A stretch of DNA of 64,000 nucleotides, from positions 256,001 to 320,000 of the forward strand of contig CAWDVW010000005.1 of assembly GCA_963805855.1 (NCBI GenBank). Reading direction: 5' to 3'. How positions within the stretch are numbered: position 1 is the first letter of the stretch; each line of letters begins with the position of its first letter. Shown one piece after another: positions 61,558-64,000 of this stretch. The translations under genes were made by a program, and so were the position numbers. Source of the stretch: Candidatus Dadabacteria bacterium (lineage in GTDB: Bacteria > Desulfobacterota_D > UBA1144 > Nemesobacterales > CSP1-2). The notes below the pieces were generated by a model. It worked only from the letters and a program-made list of their open reading frames with translations. It was not told where the DNA came from and searched no databases.

Positions 61558-62741
61558 AGATGAGCCTGACTTACCTTGACTATAATGCAACAACGCCGAT
61601 GGATCCCCGTGCCTTGGAATCGATGATTCCTTACATGAGAGAACATTATGGCAATCCTTCCAGCATCCACTCATATGGAAGCAGGGCAAAGGCAGCGCTT
61701 GATGAGTCCAGGGAACGGGTTTCAGATCTTATTTCTGCAAAGCCTAAGGAGATTGTCTTTACATCGGGTGGAAGCGAGAGTAACAATGCTGCAATAATTG
61801 GAGCGGCGCATGCCCTAAAAGAAAAGGGGAGCCACTTAATCACTACCAAGATTGAACATGCATCAATTCTTGAAACCTATAGGTTCCTGGCCAATCACGG
61901 TTTCAAAGTGACCCTTCTTGGTGTAAACGAACATGGCCTCATTGATCTGGATGAGCTTCGAGAATCGATAACAGACGAAACTATTCTTGTCTCAGTAATG
62001 TTCGCCAACAACGAAACCGGTGTGGTAATGCCAATAGATGAAATTGCAGCGCTGGTGAAGGAAAAGGGGGTTGTCTTTCACACCGATGCGATACAGGCGT
62101 TTGGGAAGATGGATATTAACTTGAATGATATTTCTGTCGATATGCTTTCGATATCATCCCATAAAATGTACGGACCCAAAGGTGTTGGCGCATTATGCAT
62201 AAGAAACGGGCTAAGAACAGATCCATTTATTCACGGCGGAGGACAGGAGAGAGGAAGGCGCTCTGGTACTGAGAATGTACCCGCTATTGTTGGGTTCGGA
62301 AAGGCATGTGAGATTGTTAAAGAAGAACTGAAGGGTCAGGAGTCAGAAGTCAGAATTAAGGCGATGAGAGATAGACTTCATAAAGGAATTACGGATGAGA
62401 TTGATCGTCTAAAGCTGAATGGTCATCCCGAGATAAGGCTTCCCAACACCCTAAACCTAAGCTTTGAAGATGTGGAGGGTGAGTCGCTGGTAATGAGCCT
62501 TGACTTGGAAGGAATAGCCGTATCGACAGGGTCTGCATGCTCTGAGGGAAATGTTGACCCATCTCATGTTCTCCTTGCTATGGGTTTATCCAACCAACAG
62601 GCGTCTTCGTCGATTAGATTCAGCTTTGGAAGGTTTAATGAGGAGAAAGACGTCGACAGGGTTCTTGAGATTCTGCCCGGAATTGTGGACAGGATAAGAC
62701 AAGTTAAAAAGAGTGAGGCGGTTAAAAAGATAAGTGCTTAG
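61554..62741 (+). CDS. iscS: Cysteine desulfurase (IscS/NifS)
   Basis: [40 protein letters not shown] and STGSAC motifs. Confidence 0.93.
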   Translation: MKMSLTYLDYNATTPMDPRALESMIPYMREHYGNPSSIHSYGSRAKAALDESRERVSDLISAKPKEIVFTSGGSESNNAAIIGAAHALKEKGSHLITTKIEHASILETYRFLANHGFKVTLLGVNEHGLIDLDELRESITDETILVSVMFANNETGVVMPIDEIAALVKEKGVVFHTDAIQAFGKMDINLNDISVDMLSISSHKMYGPKGVGALCIRNGLRTDPFIHGGGQERGRRSGTENVPAIVGFGKACEIVKEELKGQESEVRIKAMRDRLHKGITDEIDRLKLNGHPEIRLPNTLNLSFEDVEGESLVMSLDLEGIAVSTGSACSEGNVDPSHVLLAMGLSNQQASSSIRFSFGRFNEEKDVDRVLEILPGIVDRIRQVKKSEAVKKISA

Positions 62742-62946
62742 AAGTAAATCAGAGCTCAGGGTCTGAAACGAATGAAGAACCACATAACCAAAAGACCCGC
62801 CAAGCGAAATATTACCATTATTTCACCGCGAGGTGTACTGCATCGCTGCCAATAGGCAATAAAATGCGCCCAAAAGATTCACCCCACAGCTTTGGCCAGC
62901 CCTGTGGATGTTACATAATTCGGGGACAGCATCTTAGATTTTAAAT

Positions 62947-63103
62947 GGGCATTCAAAAAATTTCCAAAATCAATTCCGGAAGCGTTAAAAAAAGTGACAA
63001 TCATTACTGTCATCTCGAAGGAACAAAGTGACTGAGAGAACTAATTAATTATAGCAATAGATATCTCGCATTCGCTCGATACGCAAGCGTTTTTTGACAG
63101 CCC
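62947..63103 (+). repeat. MITE-like repeat family A, copy 3 (157-bp core; similarity to copy 1 extends over about 62903-63262)
   Basis: Near-identical to 38726-38882 and to the reverse complement of 22850-23006. Confidence 0.85.
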
Positions 63104-63294
63104 TTGTCCTGAGCGATGTCGAAGGATTGTTTCTTTGAATCAAGACAAAGAAAATAAAAAATTGAACAATGGATCGCCCATTTAGCTCGTCCCCGCATGT
63201 CGCCGGCGGGTAAGATTCGAGAATGACGGAAGAGCAAATTTCCGGGGAATTTATTACTTTTACAAGCCCGACAACGTGCACTAACTTCCTAATC

Positions 63295-64000
63295 CTAAGG
63301 AAAAACCGGCGGTAAATCGAGCCCTAGGGATTCCTCAAATTCCATCATGATGTTCATATTTTGAACGGCCTGACCGGATGCGCCTTTAACCAGGTTATCT
63401 ATAACAGAGACAATGATAGCCGTCTTGTTCTCCGGATTTGATTTAGCCCCAATATCACAGAAGTTGGATCCCCTCACCTCGCCAGTCGCTGGATAATTGT
63501 TTTCGTCTCTGACCCTTATAAATCTTTCACCATCATAGAAATTACCATAAAGGTCTAAAAGCTCCTTTGTAGTTATCTCGTCCTTGAGCCTTACATAGAT
63601 AGTCGATAGTATTCCCCTATCCATTGGAATTAAGTGAGGTGTAAATGTAACTTCAATATCAAGTCCTGAATATCTCGATAAGACTTCGTCTATTTCTGGT
63701 TTGTGACGATGATCTCCGATCTTATATGCTCGGACACCCTCATTTACCTCGCAAAAGTGATATGCCAAATCGGGAGACCTGCCAGCACCAGAAACCCCCG
63801 ATTTGGAATCTATGATTATGGAGTCATCTTCTATTAATCTGTTTTTGAGTACGGGTGCTAGACCCAGGATTGCGGACTCAGGATAACATCCCGGGTTGGC
63901 GACAAGTTTTGCCCTGGCAATTTCAGCCTTATTCAACTCAGAGATTCCATAGACAGCTTCGGGTAGAAGCTCAGGACAAGGATGATCGCCATACCATTTT
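63295..64000 (-). CDS. argC: N-acetyl-gamma-glutamyl-phosphate reductase, 5' end outside the window
   Basis: KWYGDH...AVYG, ANPGCY, SGVSGAGR, FTPHL, GSNFCD and DNLVKGASGQA motifs. Confidence 0.96.
   Translation of the reverse strand, partial: KWYGDHPCPELLPEAVYGISELNKAEIARAKLVANPGCYPESAILGLAPVLKNRLIEDDSIIIDSKSGVSGAGRSPDLAYHFCEVNEGVRAYKIGDHRHKPEIDEVLSRYSGLDIEVTFTPHLIPMDRGILSTIYVRLKDEITTKELLDLYGNFYDGERFIRVRDENNYPATGEVRGSNFCDIGAKSNPENKTAIIVSVIDNLVKGASGQAVQNMNIMMEFEESLGLDLPPVFP

Noticed and set aside
381-62783. The many 60-160 aa ORFs nested in or antisense to long genes
   Set aside because: Shadow ORFs with no motifs, fully overlapped by well-supported CDSs.
63045-63281. ORFs 63045-63281 and 63049-63237
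   Set aside because: They lie within repeat family A copy 3 and show no protein motifs.

Overview
Bacterial chromosomal window, mostly housekeeping and metabolic genes. It contains secA, smc, folD/folK, thiD, gdhA, cysE, iscS, a partial argC, and the F420 genes cofD, cofG, cofH and cofE. The left end holds an accessory-looking block: aquaporin, MsrAB, DM13 protein, GMC oxidoreductase, VOC protein, glucose dehydrogenase, GH63 and a debranching enzyme. This block sits next to a sigma54 activator that faces a sigma54-promoted STAS/ECF-sigma/anti-sigma operon. The standout is a diversity-generating retroelement (DGR) on the minus strand at about 53.3-56.6 kb, ordered: DUF1566-type target gene with VR, hairpin, avd, spacer, TR, reverse transcriptase, then a HigBA toxin-antitoxin pair. 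Manual TR/VR alignment gives 30 substitutions, all at TR adenines, plus one in-frame codon insertion. The RT carries a C-terminal MutS domain-I-like mismatch-recognition module fused in frame, and the target gene is heavily frameshifted upstream of an intact VR. Other observations: a DnaA-box cluster (candidate oriC), tandem NrdR-like boxes upstream of smc, a Thermotoga/Aquifex-like insert in SecA, a frameshift in cofG, and several families of MITE/REP-like intergenic repeats. All family assignments come from motif recognition by eye, not from database searches.
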